64,000 bases of DNA from Candidatus Marinacidobacterales bacterium (lineage in GTDB: Bacteria > Acidobacteriota > Vicinamibacteria > Marinacidobacterales > SMYC01). Each line of letters opens with the position of its first letter. The stretch's first letter is position 1. Positions 33,440-41,941 of this stretch are shown here, piece after piece. The stretch is taken from contig OZ250169.1 in assembly GCA_965237955.1 (NCBI GenBank), positions 1,600,001 through 1,664,000 of the forward strand. Direction: 5' to 3'. Below the pieces are notes generated by a model. That model did no database searches and was not told the origin of the DNA. It saw only the letters and a list, made by a program, of their open reading frames with translations. The position numbers and the translations under genes are program-made.

Positions 33440-34293
33440 GAGATTTTCCCGTCGAGCGCGTGGTCACGAATGCCACGACGTTGCGCGTCGAATCACTGTC
33501 GTTGGGCGTGAAGCGGATCGTCTTCGCGCGGCCGGACGTACGCAACGCGTTCGACGAAACCATGATTGCCGAGCTTCGCGACGTACTCGACCACCTCGCC
33601 GGTATCCCTGATCCGCTGCAAATGCGTCTTCTTCTCCTGGAAGGTGAAGGGAAAGTCTTCAGCGCCGGCGCCGATCTCGGTTACATGAAGCGAGTCGCCG
33701 CGGGGAGCGAGGCGGAAAGCTTCGAGGATGCAAAAACACTCGCGCGGATGTTTTACGCGCTCGCGGATTTTCCCGCGCCGGTGATAGCGGTGGTCCAAGG
33801 CGCCGCCATCGGTGGCGGGCTCGGCCTCTCCGTGTGCGCCGACTATGTGCTTGCGGACGAGCAATCGGTGTTCGCTACCTCCGAAGTGTTGCTCGGCATC
33901 GTTCCCGGTGTCATCAGCCCCTACATCATTCGCAAGATTGGCTTGTCTCGCGCGGCGCCGATGATGCTCACCGGTCGCCGAGTCGTCGCCGATGAAGCGA
34001 AAGATATGGGGCTCGTTCAGAGAATTACGCTGCCGTCGGACCGAACGGCCGTGCTTCAGAACGTGGTCCTCGACTTCCTCGCGGCAGGGCCCGAAGCCGC
34101 GCGGCGTACCAAGGCGCTGTTGAAGCAAGCGTCACCGCTTCCTGGTCCCGAGCTCATCGAATTCACCGCGCGCCAAATCGCGGAAGCGCGCTCGTCTCCA
34201 GAAGGCAAGATGGGACTCGAGGCGTTTTTCAGCAAGGCTCCTCCCGCGTGGGCCGCTCGCGTCACACTGCTTCGAAAAAAGCAGGTCACTTGA
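33436..34293 (+). CDS. Enoyl-CoA hydratase (methylglutaconyl-CoA hydratase-like)
   Basis: RPDVRNAFD, FSAGADL, GAAIGGG.GL, SEV.LG. Confidence 0.88.
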   Translation: MRDFPVERVVTNATTLRVESLSLGVKRIVFARPDVRNAFDETMIAELRDVLDHLAGIPDPLQMRLLLLEGEGKVFSAGADLGYMKRVAAGSEAESFEDAKTLARMFYALADFPAPVIAVVQGAAIGGGLGLSVCADYVLADEQSVFATSEVLLGIVPGVISPYIIRKIGLSRAAPMMLTGRRVVADEAKDMGLVQRITLPSDRTAVLQNVVLDFLAAGPEAARRTKALLKQASPLPGPELIEFTARQIAEARSSPEGKMGLEAFFSKAPPAWAARVTLLRKKQVT

Positions 34294-36170
34294 AGAAACT
34301 CGTCATCGCGAATCGAGGGGAGATTGCGCGCCGCATCCTGCGCTCCGCGCGGGAGCGCGGCTACCTCGTCGCGGTGATCTCGACTGCCGAAGACGCGGAC
34401 GCCCTCGTCCGCTCCGAAGCGGACACGGTGCTCGAAGTGTCGAGCTTTCTCGATGCCAAAGCGATCGTGCGTGCTGCCAGGAAGTGGGACGCCGATTTGT
34501 TGCACCCCGGCTACGGGTTCTTGTCGGAGAATACCGATTTCGCTCGACAAGTGGAATCCGCCGGCATGCGGTTCGTCGGCCCGACGCCGGAAGCGATGGA
34601 GCGTCTCGGCAACAAGGAGAGCGCGAAAAAGATCGCGGAAGCGAACCGCGTGCCGACGCTAGCGTCGGTACGGTTCGACGAAATCGACGACATCGCGGAC
34701 AAAGGAATCGAACCGCCGTACTTGGTGAAGGCCGCCGGCGGTGGTGGAGGTCGCGGGATGCGCGTCGTCGAGACCGCCGAAGGGCTACCCGCCGCGCTCG
34801 AGCGGGCGGCGGAAGAAGCCAAGGCCGGCTTCGGTGATCCGACGGTGTTCATCGAACGTTTCCTCGCCGAGCCGCGTCACATCGAGATCCAAGTCGTCGG
34901 CGACGGTAAAGGCGGAGGTGTGGCTCTCGGCGAGCGCGAGTGCTCGATGCAACGGCGCTATCAGAAAGTGATCGAAGAAGCGCCGAGTCCGGTCGTCGAC
35001 GATGTGTTGAGGAAGAAAATGAGCGCGGCGGCGATGAAACTCGTTCGAGCGACGAACTACCGCGGCGCGGGCACGGTGGAGTTCTTGCTCGATATCGATG
35101 GCGGCTTTTACTTTCTCGAGGTGAACACCCGTCTTCAAGTCGAGCATCCGGTGACCGAAGCGGTGTACGACGTCGACCTCGTCGCCGTTCAACTCGCACT
35201 GGCCGAAGGCGAGTGGCCACAGCACCTCGATGCACTCGAGCCCAACCGATGGGCGATCGAAGCCCGGGTGCTCGCGGAAGATCCGCGATCGGACTTCTTG
35301 CCGACGCCGGGCCCGCTCATTCGCTACCGAGAGCCAAGCGGTTTGGGAATTCGTGTCGACTCCGGCGTCGCCGAAGGCAACACCGTACGAGCCGAGTTCG
35401 ACTCGATGATCGCGAAGGTCATCGCCGTCGGTGAGACGCGCTCGGAAGCGATCGAGCGTCTCGGCCCCGCGCTCGCGTCGTTCGTCGTCCATGGTGCGGT
35501 CACGAATTTGCCGTTCTTGCAAGCCGTGGTTCGCCACCCCGAGTTTCGCGACGCGTCGTTTTCGACGGCATGGATTGGCGCCAACATCGACGAGCTCAAC
35601 CGTTCGCTTCTGCCACAGGAACTAGAGGGGCGTCTTGGCACCCCGGGATTTCGCGAGCAGCTTTCGTTCGCGCTTCGCGGCGGCGCTTCCGAGACGCGTG
35701 CTGCGGCTCGCTTTCGTAGTCTAGGAAACGCCACCGCGCGCTTGGGAAGCTCTCGCGAGCACGCCGCGCTCGACGTGGAAGCCGACCCGGTGACGGGCAC
35801 CGTCGTCCTGTCGGGACCCGGCCTCGCCGAACCCATAGAAGGCGTTGCCACCGTGCTCGACCCGACCGCCATGGCGCTCACCGTGCAGGGCGAAACCCTC
35901 CGGCTCGACGATCCCCAGGCCCTCAAGCACCGCCGGGTGAAGCTCGTCGTGAGCGACGGCGAAGTGAGAGCCCCGATGGCGGGCAAGGTGCTCAAGATCC
36001 ACGTCGAGCAAGGCGCGAGCGTCGAGGAGGGTGAACTGCTCATCGTTGTGGAATCGATGAAGATGCAGCTCGAAGTCCACGCCCCCATTGCGGGTCGCGT
36101 GGAGAGCATCGAAGTAGAAGAGGGCCAAATCCTAGATGGACCGGATCTAATGGCCGTCCTGACTCCGTAG
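34290..36170 (+). CDS. Biotin carboxylase with biotin-carrier domain (LiuD/AtuF-like alpha subunit)
   Basis: IANRGEIA, HPGYGFLSEN, GGGGRGMR, ECSMQRR.QK, EVNTRLQVEH, ESMKM biotin site. Confidence 0.92.
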   Translation: MKKLVIANRGEIARRILRSARERGYLVAVISTAEDADALVRSEADTVLEVSSFLDAKAIVRAARKWDADLLHPGYGFLSENTDFARQVESAGMRFVGPTPEAMERLGNKESAKKIAEANRVPTLASVRFDEIDDIADKGIEPPYLVKAAGGGGGRGMRVVETAEGLPAALERAAEEAKAGFGDPTVFIERFLAEPRHIEIQVVGDGKGGGVALGERECSMQRRYQKVIEEAPSPVVDDVLRKKMSAAAMKLVRATNYRGAGTVEFLLDIDGGFYFLEVNTRLQVEHPVTEAVYDVDLVAVQLALAEGEWPQHLDALEPNRWAIEARVLAEDPRSDFLPTPGPLIRYREPSGLGIRVDSGVAEGNTVRAEFDSMIAKVIAVGETRSEAIERLGPALASFVVHGAVTNLPFLQAVVRHPEFRDASFSTAWIGANIDELNRSLLPQELEGRLGTPGFREQLSFALRGGASETRAAARFRSLGNATARLGSSREHAALDVEADPVTGTVVLSGPGLAEPIEGVATVLDPTAMALTVQGETLRLDDPQALKHRRVKLVVSDGEVRAPMAGKVLKIHVEQGASVEEGELLIVVESMKMQLEVHAPIAGRVESIEVEEGQILDGPDLMAVLTP

Positions 36171-36252
36171 CGCTAGCCTTGCATCTCGGCTAGGAGTTGA
36201 CCCCGTGCCCGCGCACGGGCTCGGACACGGGCACGATCTGGCAACGGAGCTG

Positions 36253-36299
36253 CCCTATTGACACTACGCGACCCGTCCGCGAGAATTGAATCAATAGGG
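36253..36299 (+). promoter_or_regulatory. Putative sigma70 promoter of the ubiquitin-like operon, bracketed by a 9-bp inverted repeat
   Basis: TTGACA (36258-63), 17 bp, GAGAAT (36281-86); ccctattga (36253-61) and tcaataggg (36291-99). Confidence 0.55.
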
Positions 36300-36340
36300 T
36301 CCTGGTTCCACAAACCTTCCGTCCTCTGGAGTCCAAGTCC

Positions 36341-36622
36341 ATGGGTGATGTCAACCTAGAAGTCTGGGATGCCACCGGTAACAAACGGGTCGAAGTCGAG
36401 GTGCCCGACGACGTTACCGTGGATCGCATCCTGCTCGTTCTCGCGGACAAGCTACACCTTCCCAAGCACAGCCCCGACGGCCAGTTGATGAGCTACAAGT
36501 TTCACCACCGGCGGCTCGGGATCCAGCTTCTCGACGACAAAACGCTCGCCGATCAGCAAGTTGCTGACGGTGACGTAGTTCGAATCCAGCCAGAGATAAC
36601 CGCTGGCGTCGTCTGGGCGTGA
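36341..36622 (+). CDS. Ubiquitin-like beta-grasp protein (YukD/EsaB-like) with a short C-terminal extension
   Basis: VEVPDDVTV..IL..L...L.LP, L.DDKTLAD..V.DGDVVRIQPEITAG followed by VVWA; first gene before E1. Confidence 0.85.
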   Translation: MGDVNLEVWDATGNKRVEVEVPDDVTVDRILLVLADKLHLPKHSPDGQLMSYKFHHRRLGIQLLDDKTLADQQVADGDVVRIQPEITAGVVWA

Positions 36623-36626
36623 AGCT

Positions 36627-37776
36627 TTGAAACTCTCGCACAGCGAGCTCGGCATTGACGGCAGGCACGAGAGCGACGACAGCGCGGGCCGCTATCACCG
36701 ACAAGAGCTCATTACCTGGTGGGATCAGAGTCGAGTGCGCTCCGCACGCGTTCTCGTCATCGGCGCCGGCGCGCTCGGAAACGAAATCCTGAAGATCCTG
36801 TCGTTGACCGGCATCGGCGAAGTGCTCGTCTATGACATGGACGTCATCGAGCAAAGCAACTTGTCCCGCGGTGTCTTGTTCCGCGATGAAGACAAAGGCT
36901 CGGCCAAAGCGACGGTCGCGGTCGAGCGCATGCGCGAGCTCAACCCCGACGTGAGCGCCCACGCGCGCGTGGAGAACTTGAACCACAAGGCCGGCCTGGG
37001 AGTGTTTCTGTGGGCCGACGTCGTGATCTGTGGACTCGACAACCGCGAAGCACGCATCTTTGCCAACAGTGCGTGCGCAGCCACGGGTCGGACCTGGGTC
37101 GACGGCGCCATCGAAGGGTTGGCTGGCATCGCCCGCGTTTTCAATCCGGCGGAAGGCGCGTGCTACGAATGCACCATGAACGAGACCGACCGGAAACTCG
37201 TGGCCGAGCGGCGTTCGTGCGCGATGCTCGCGCGGGCCATCGTCGAGTCCGGACACGTGCCGACGACCGCGGTAGCAGCATCCCTCGTCGCGGCTCTCGA
37301 AGTTCAAGAAGCGATCAAGATTCTTCATGGTCAACCCGCCATCGTCGGCGAAGGCACCACTCGGCCTTCGAAGCGACGCGATAACTTTCGAAGCGCTTGT
37401 CGAGCGAGCGGAAAAAGAGCTCGGCAATGGTGCGGTTTTGGAGCTCAGCCGCGACGTCATCGTGTCGCTCGAATGCGCCGCGTGCGGCACGCGTGAGCCG
37501 AGGTACGTTGTTCTCGGCGAGCTCGGCGAGAAAGATGCCGCGTGCCCGAAGTGCAGTGCCCACCGTATCGTCGAGTTCGCCTCGTCGGTTTCGCGCGACG
37601 GCGTCGTCGATTTGAGCCGAACGCCGCAACAAGCAGGTTTGCCGCCGTTCGACATCATCGTCGCCCGTCAAGGCCTGGACGATCAGCGCGCGTGGCTCTT
37701 CGACGGAGACGCAACCTCGGTGCTTGGACCTCTCACGGTTCCCGCGGAGATGGGAGGTGTTCTTGAACGGTCTTGA
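36627..37776 (+). CDS. E1-like (ThiF/UBA) activating enzyme, frameshifted near 37355
   Basis: RYHRQ..I.WW.Q, VLVIGAGALGNE, D.D.IE.SNLSR, GLDNREAR, ACYEC, RRSC (candidate catalytic Cys). The second frame carries CAAC/CPKC and GLPPFDII. Confidence 0.88.
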
Positions 37777-39007
37777 CACGCGTGCCATCGACACCAAGGA
37801 GCTTTCGAAGGAGACGTTTCCTCACGTCCGGCACGGTTTTCGTATTTTTATCTCGGAAGACGCGTTCGATCGTGCGACCGAGCGCGGGCAGGCGGACCTG
37901 ACGCGCGAAGTGGGCGGCGTTCTCGTCGGCCGTATTCATCAGGACAAGAACGGTCCGTTCGTTAAAGTCGATGCGACCATCGACGCGCTCTACGCTGAAG
38001 AAAAGGAAACGGAGCTCACGTTCACGCAAAAGACGTGGGACTACATTCACAAAGAGCTGGAATCCAAACACAAGGGCAAGAAGATCGTCGGCTGGTACCA
38101 CACGCATCCAGGCTTCGGCATCTTCTTGTCGGATCGGGATCTCTTTATTCATCAAAGCTTCTTCAACCTTCCCTACCAAATCGCGCTCGTCTATGACCCG
38201 AAGAGCCACGAGCACGGTGTGTTCGCGTGGCGCGACAACGAGCCCGCGCGGTGTCGACAGTACTGGGTCGGGCACGAAGAAAACCTTTGGGACGGTCCCC
38301 GCATGGCGGTGGAGCCCATGGCTGCCGTCGTAAGCCCGGAGAAAGAGGACATGAGCAACAAACGGGTCGAGCTCGCGCCTTCGGAGCGCGAATGGGATTG
38401 GGCGACGTTCGCGATCACCGCGGTGGCGCTTGTGCTGATTGGTGGTCTCGCGGGTTTCTGGTTCGCGCAGTACCGGATGCGCGACGCCATTCGTGAGGCG
38501 CAAATGCGCATCGATCGGGATCGAGCGGCGGCGGCGGAAGTATTGCTTCGAGGGCTGAACGTGGAGCTCCTGAGCTTCGTGCGCGAGGCTGCTTCCGGCG
38601 GTTCCGGGCTCCGCCGGGATTTCGATGAAGGGCTCACCGCCATCGATCTCGGTGTCGTACAGCTTTCGAGGGGAGGTGACACGAAAGACGCACTCGTTCC
38701 GTTGATCGCGGGCCGGCGCAAGCTCAAAGAGCTTCGCGACGCGCATTTCGCAGCCGATCGCTCGTTGAGGCTCTTGCAGAGTCTCGGCGAGAAGACCTCT
38801 GCGATCCCGAGGGAAGTCACCCGGATGCTTTCCGATCAACGCGCCGCGCTCGGTCAGCTCTACGCGGAGGTCGCGGAGGATGTTGCCCAAGCGGGGGACA
38901 ACCGGCGTGCCCGGCGTCTTCTCCGACTCGCGGCCACACTGGATCCCGGAAACGCGCGCCGCTACGAGGACAAGCGGGCCGGATTGAAAGAGGAGGGATC
39001 ACCCTGA
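37763..39007 (+). CDS. JAB/JAMM (Mov34/MPN) metalloprotease with one TM helix and a helical C-terminal region
   Basis: EVGGVLVG...VGWYHTHPGFGIFLSDRD motif; TM ATFAITAVALVLIGGLAGFWF; GGAGGT RBS before TTG 37763. Confidence 0.88.
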   Translation: MNGLDTRAIDTKELSKETFPHVRHGFRIFISEDAFDRATERGQADLTREVGGVLVGRIHQDKNGPFVKVDATIDALYAEEKETELTFTQKTWDYIHKELESKHKGKKIVGWYHTHPGFGIFLSDRDLFIHQSFFNLPYQIALVYDPKSHEHGVFAWRDNEPARCRQYWVGHEENLWDGPRMAVEPMAAVVSPEKEDMSNKRVELAPSEREWDWATFAITAVALVLIGGLAGFWFAQYRMRDAIREAQMRIDRDRAAAAEVLLRGLNVELLSFVREAASGGSGLRRDFDEGLTAIDLGVVQLSRGGDTKDALVPLIAGRRKLKELRDAHFAADRSLRLLQSLGEKTSAIPREVTRMLSDQRAALGQLYAEVAEDVAQAGDNRRARRLLRLAATLDPGNARRYEDKRAGLKEEGSP

Positions 39008-40383
39008 GCGAACGAGTCGTCATCCAAAGGGACGAGCTCTACGACAAGAGCGTCGACGAAGCGCTGAGAAAAGAGCGTCAGCTTCGCACCCACGTCGTTT
39101 CCCAAGAGCCTCCCGATCTGTCTCCGGTACGAAGGCTCATGATGTCGAGCCTGTTCTACCTTCCCGTCGCGGGACTTCTGGCGAGCTTCACCGCCTGGGT
39201 TTTGATCGAGCCGCACTTCGCCGACTTTTCCCTAATAGGTGGGGAAGTGCTTCTCGTGAACTCCGAGCCCTTCGAGTTCGGGGACGGCTCGGTCGATCCC
39301 GAGCTCGGCGACGCCATCAACCTCACAATAGGGGACAACAAAGTCATCGTGTTCCCCAATCTCATCTCGATGGAGCCGGGAGCTGACTCTCAGCCGCCCT
39401 TCAACGACATTTCCGAGGTCCAACCCGGAACGTATCTCGAAGCGGTGGGCGAAGTCTGGGCTGAGAACGAGATGGTCGCGGGCGCGCTTCGTCCGGCGAC
39501 GGCAACGCACGCTGGCGACACGGGTGATCAAATCGGGAGCGGCGACAACTTCGCGGGCTTGCTCCTGTTCCCCTTGACCGCGGTCTTCATCGCCGTCGCC
39601 ATGCTCGTCGCGGAAGGGGTATCGAGTCGCAACTGGGTTCGGATGATCGATCGCGTGATGATCGGGGTCTTGTTGACGGCGATCTTCTCGTTCCTCTCGT
39701 TCATCCCCGCTGCGATCATGATGACCATTGCTCAGTCCGTCATGTCGATGGACGCGTCTGCCGACTGGACCACGGTCCAGGACATGCCGGCGGTGACGTT
39801 CGTCTTATACGCCGCTTGTCGCAGCGGCGCGTGGGCCTTCATCGGCGCCGGCCTCGGGCTGGGGATGAACCTTGCCCGCAGCACCAAGAGCCAGCTACGA
39901 AACTCGGTCATCGGCGGCGCTCTCGGCGGCGTGTTCTTCGACCCCATCGATCGATTTTTTCAAGAACCGTCGGCGTTCGCGGGCGCCGAGCTGTCCCGCC
40001 TCGTCGGTTTGGTCGCGGTAGGACTGTCCGTGGGCTTTTTCGTGGCTCTCGTCGATCAGCTCGCACGTGAAGCGTGGCTGCGCGTGCGGACCGGTCCGCT
40101 CGCGGGAAAATCGTTCGTTCTCTACAAGACGCCAACGACGGTTGGAAGCTCACCGTCGGCCGACGTTTATTTGTTCAAAGATGCGGCCATTGATCCCGAT
40201 CACATCGCGATCCATCGCGTCGGCAACCGATACGAGATCGAGGACCTCGGCACCCGCTCCGGCACCCAAGTCGGCGGGCAAGCCATCAGACGACAACGCC
40301 TCAACTCCGGCGATCAAATTACGTTGGGCGCGACCGTGCTCGAGTTCGAAGAGCGCGCCAAACAATCGAGCAGCGCGGAGTGA
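39004..40383 (+). CDS. Polytopic membrane protein with C-terminal FHA domain
   Basis: The frame opens at CTG 39004, overlapping the JAB stop (CTGA) after GAGGAGG. Several TM segments, then GPLAGKSFVL...TVGSSPSADVYL.KD..I...H...IEDLGT.SGT.V.G...L.SGDQI.LG. Confidence 0.82.
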   Translation: MSERVVIQRDELYDKSVDEALRKERQLRTHVVSQEPPDLSPVRRLMMSSLFYLPVAGLLASFTAWVLIEPHFADFSLIGGEVLLVNSEPFEFGDGSVDPELGDAINLTIGDNKVIVFPNLISMEPGADSQPPFNDISEVQPGTYLEAVGEVWAENEMVAGALRPATATHAGDTGDQIGSGDNFAGLLLFPLTAVFIAVAMLVAEGVSSRNWVRMIDRVMIGVLLTAIFSFLSFIPAAIMMTIAQSVMSMDASADWTTVQDMPAVTFVLYAACRSGAWAFIGAGLGLGMNLARSTKSQLRNSVIGGALGGVFFDPIDRFFQEPSAFAGAELSRLVGLVAVGLSVGFFVALVDQLAREAWLRVRTGPLAGKSFVLYKTPTTVGSSPSADVYLFKDAAIDPDHIAIHRVGNRYEIEDLGTRSGTQVGGQAIRRQRLNSGDQITLGATVLEFEERAKQSSSAE

Positions 40384-40399
40384 GTCGAGGAGGAAACCC

Positions 40400-40969
40400 A
40401 TGGGCCAGACGGTAAACCGGCTCAAAACCAATCGAGTCCTCGAAGGCAAGCCGTGCGGGTGGTGCTCTAACACGCTGACGTTCGGAGAGGACGCAGCTCT
40501 TTGCGAAGGCTGCACCACCGGCCATCACGCAGCGTGTTGGGACGGAAAGGGCGGGTGTGCCTCGGCCGGCTGTGTGAACGCACCGCTGAAACAGCTCGCG
40601 CCGCAGCCGGAGCGGCCCGTGGGGCCGCCACCGGGCAAGATGAATTGTCCGAACTGCCAGCTCCAAATACCGGCGAGCTCCGTTCGGTGCGAGTACTGCA
40701 ACGTGGGCGTCACCTCCCCGGATGGAGTGTACCGGGGACCCACGCAGACGGCCCCGGGCGCGGTTGCATCGCTCGTGTTCGGGATCCTGGCGTTTTTCCT
40801 TTGCGGCATCATCTTTGGTCTCGTCGCCATCCAGAAGGCGGACGAAGCCAAGACCGCGATCGCCGCCGATCCGAGTCTTACCGGCGGCGGCATCGCGACA
40901 ACGGGGAAGGTGCTCGGGATCATTGCCCTCGTCGTTTGGGGTCTGGGCTTGATCATGCAGGCCATGTGA
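40400..40969 (+). CDS. Prokaryotic RING finger + Zn ribbon + DUF4190-like membrane domain (candidate E3)
   Basis: CGWC..CEGC..HHAACW..GGC...GC; CPNC..CEYC; GAVASLVFGIL...CGIIFG...G.G.A..G.VLG; GAGGAGG RBS. Confidence 0.82.
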   Translation: MGQTVNRLKTNRVLEGKPCGWCSNTLTFGEDAALCEGCTTGHHAACWDGKGGCASAGCVNAPLKQLAPQPERPVGPPPGKMNCPNCQLQIPASSVRCEYCNVGVTSPDGVYRGPTQTAPGAVASLVFGILAFFLCGIIFGLVAIQKADEAKTAIAADPSLTGGGIATTGKVLGIIALVVWGLGLIMQAM

Positions 40970-40973
40970 GGAT

Positions 40974-41387
40974 GTGATGGGAGCTCGTCTGAAAGATTTG
41001 GGTCTGGGCGTCGTTGCCGCCGGCTGGCTCGTCGCTGCGACCTGGATGACGCCCGCGGGGGACGTCCTCGCCGCGCCATCGGGCGAGACGCTACCGACCA
41101 TGTGCTGGATCCGAGCCACCACCGGTCACGCGTGCCCGACGTGCGGTATGAGTCGAAGCTTCGTCGCGTTTTTTCATGGCGACGTAGGCCACGCGTTCCA
41201 GTTTCATCCGGTGGGCCCGGTCCTCGCGGCGGCTACGGTGATGGTTCTCGTTTCGGTTCTCGGGCTCGCGATCTCGGGGCGCAGGCCGCTTTGGGGTCGC
41301 CCGGTTTTCGCGCGCGCGCTGACGCTCTCGGCGGCGGGCGCTCTTTTCGCTGGCGTGGTACGCATGTTGGTTGGAGGGCTCGGATGA
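40974..41387 (+). CDS. DUF2752-like membrane protein
   Basis: C.....TGHACPTCGMSRSF....HGD...AF..HP motif with TM segments. Confidence 0.8.
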   Translation: MMGARLKDLGLGVVAAGWLVAATWMTPAGDVLAAPSGETLPTMCWIRATTGHACPTCGMSRSFVAFFHGDVGHAFQFHPVGPVLAAATVMVLVSVLGLAISGRRPLWGRPVFARALTLSAAGALFAGVVRMLVGGLG

Positions 41388-41923
41388 ATCGCTGCTCGGT
41401 TTGTCACACGTTGATTCAAGAAGGTGTGCCGACGCGTACCTGTCCGGAATGCCATCAGCAGTATCATGAGAGCTGTTGGGAAGGCATTGGGGGGTGCGCG
41501 ACGTACGGCTGCGAGAAAGTCGCGCCCGCGGAAAAACCAGAACCGGTGGCGGTGCAAGGCACGGGGTGGGGCGACAGTAAATCGTGTCCGGCGTGCGAGG
41601 TTGAGTTGAGCTCGAGCTTTCTCGTGTGCAGCTGCGGAGCCCAGTTCCCGTACGCGGACTCGATGACGAAGGATGAATACTACCACTGGCTCGCGAAGCA
41701 GGAGCAGATCAATTCCGCGCGTCGTTCTCTCGTCATTCTGTTCGTAGTCTGTTTGGCCGGCGTGCCCGCTCCGGTGATCGGGCCGATCGCGGGATGGTAT
41801 GCCTTTACCAAGAGAAAACAGCTGGAGGGCGCCGGTGGCACGTATCTCGCCATGGGATACGGTACCGCGGCGCTAGGAGCGACCTACGCGTTGATGATGC
41901 TCGCGCTCGCGTTGGGATTCTAG
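41384..41923 (+). CDS. Second prokaryotic RING finger + Zn ribbon + TM protein (candidate E3)
   Basis: CSVC..CPEC..YHESCW..GGCATYGC; CPAC..CSC; C-terminal hydrophobic helices; ATGA overlap. Confidence 0.82.
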   Translation: MNRCSVCHTLIQEGVPTRTCPECHQQYHESCWEGIGGCATYGCEKVAPAEKPEPVAVQGTGWGDSKSCPACEVELSSSFLVCSCGAQFPYADSMTKDEYYHWLAKQEQINSARRSLVILFVVCLAGVPAPVIGPIAGWYAFTKRKQLEGAGGTYLAMGYGTAALGATYALMMLALALGF

Positions 41924-41941
41924 GGAGTTGTCAGGACACTC

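Noticed and set aside
36341-37776. Ubl + ThiF as a thiamine/molybdopterin sulfur-carrier pair, or YukD as part of type VII secretion
   Set aside because: No thi/moa/cys or FtsK/WXG100 genes nearby and no rhodanese domain. E2, RING and JAB genes in the same operon favour protein conjugation.
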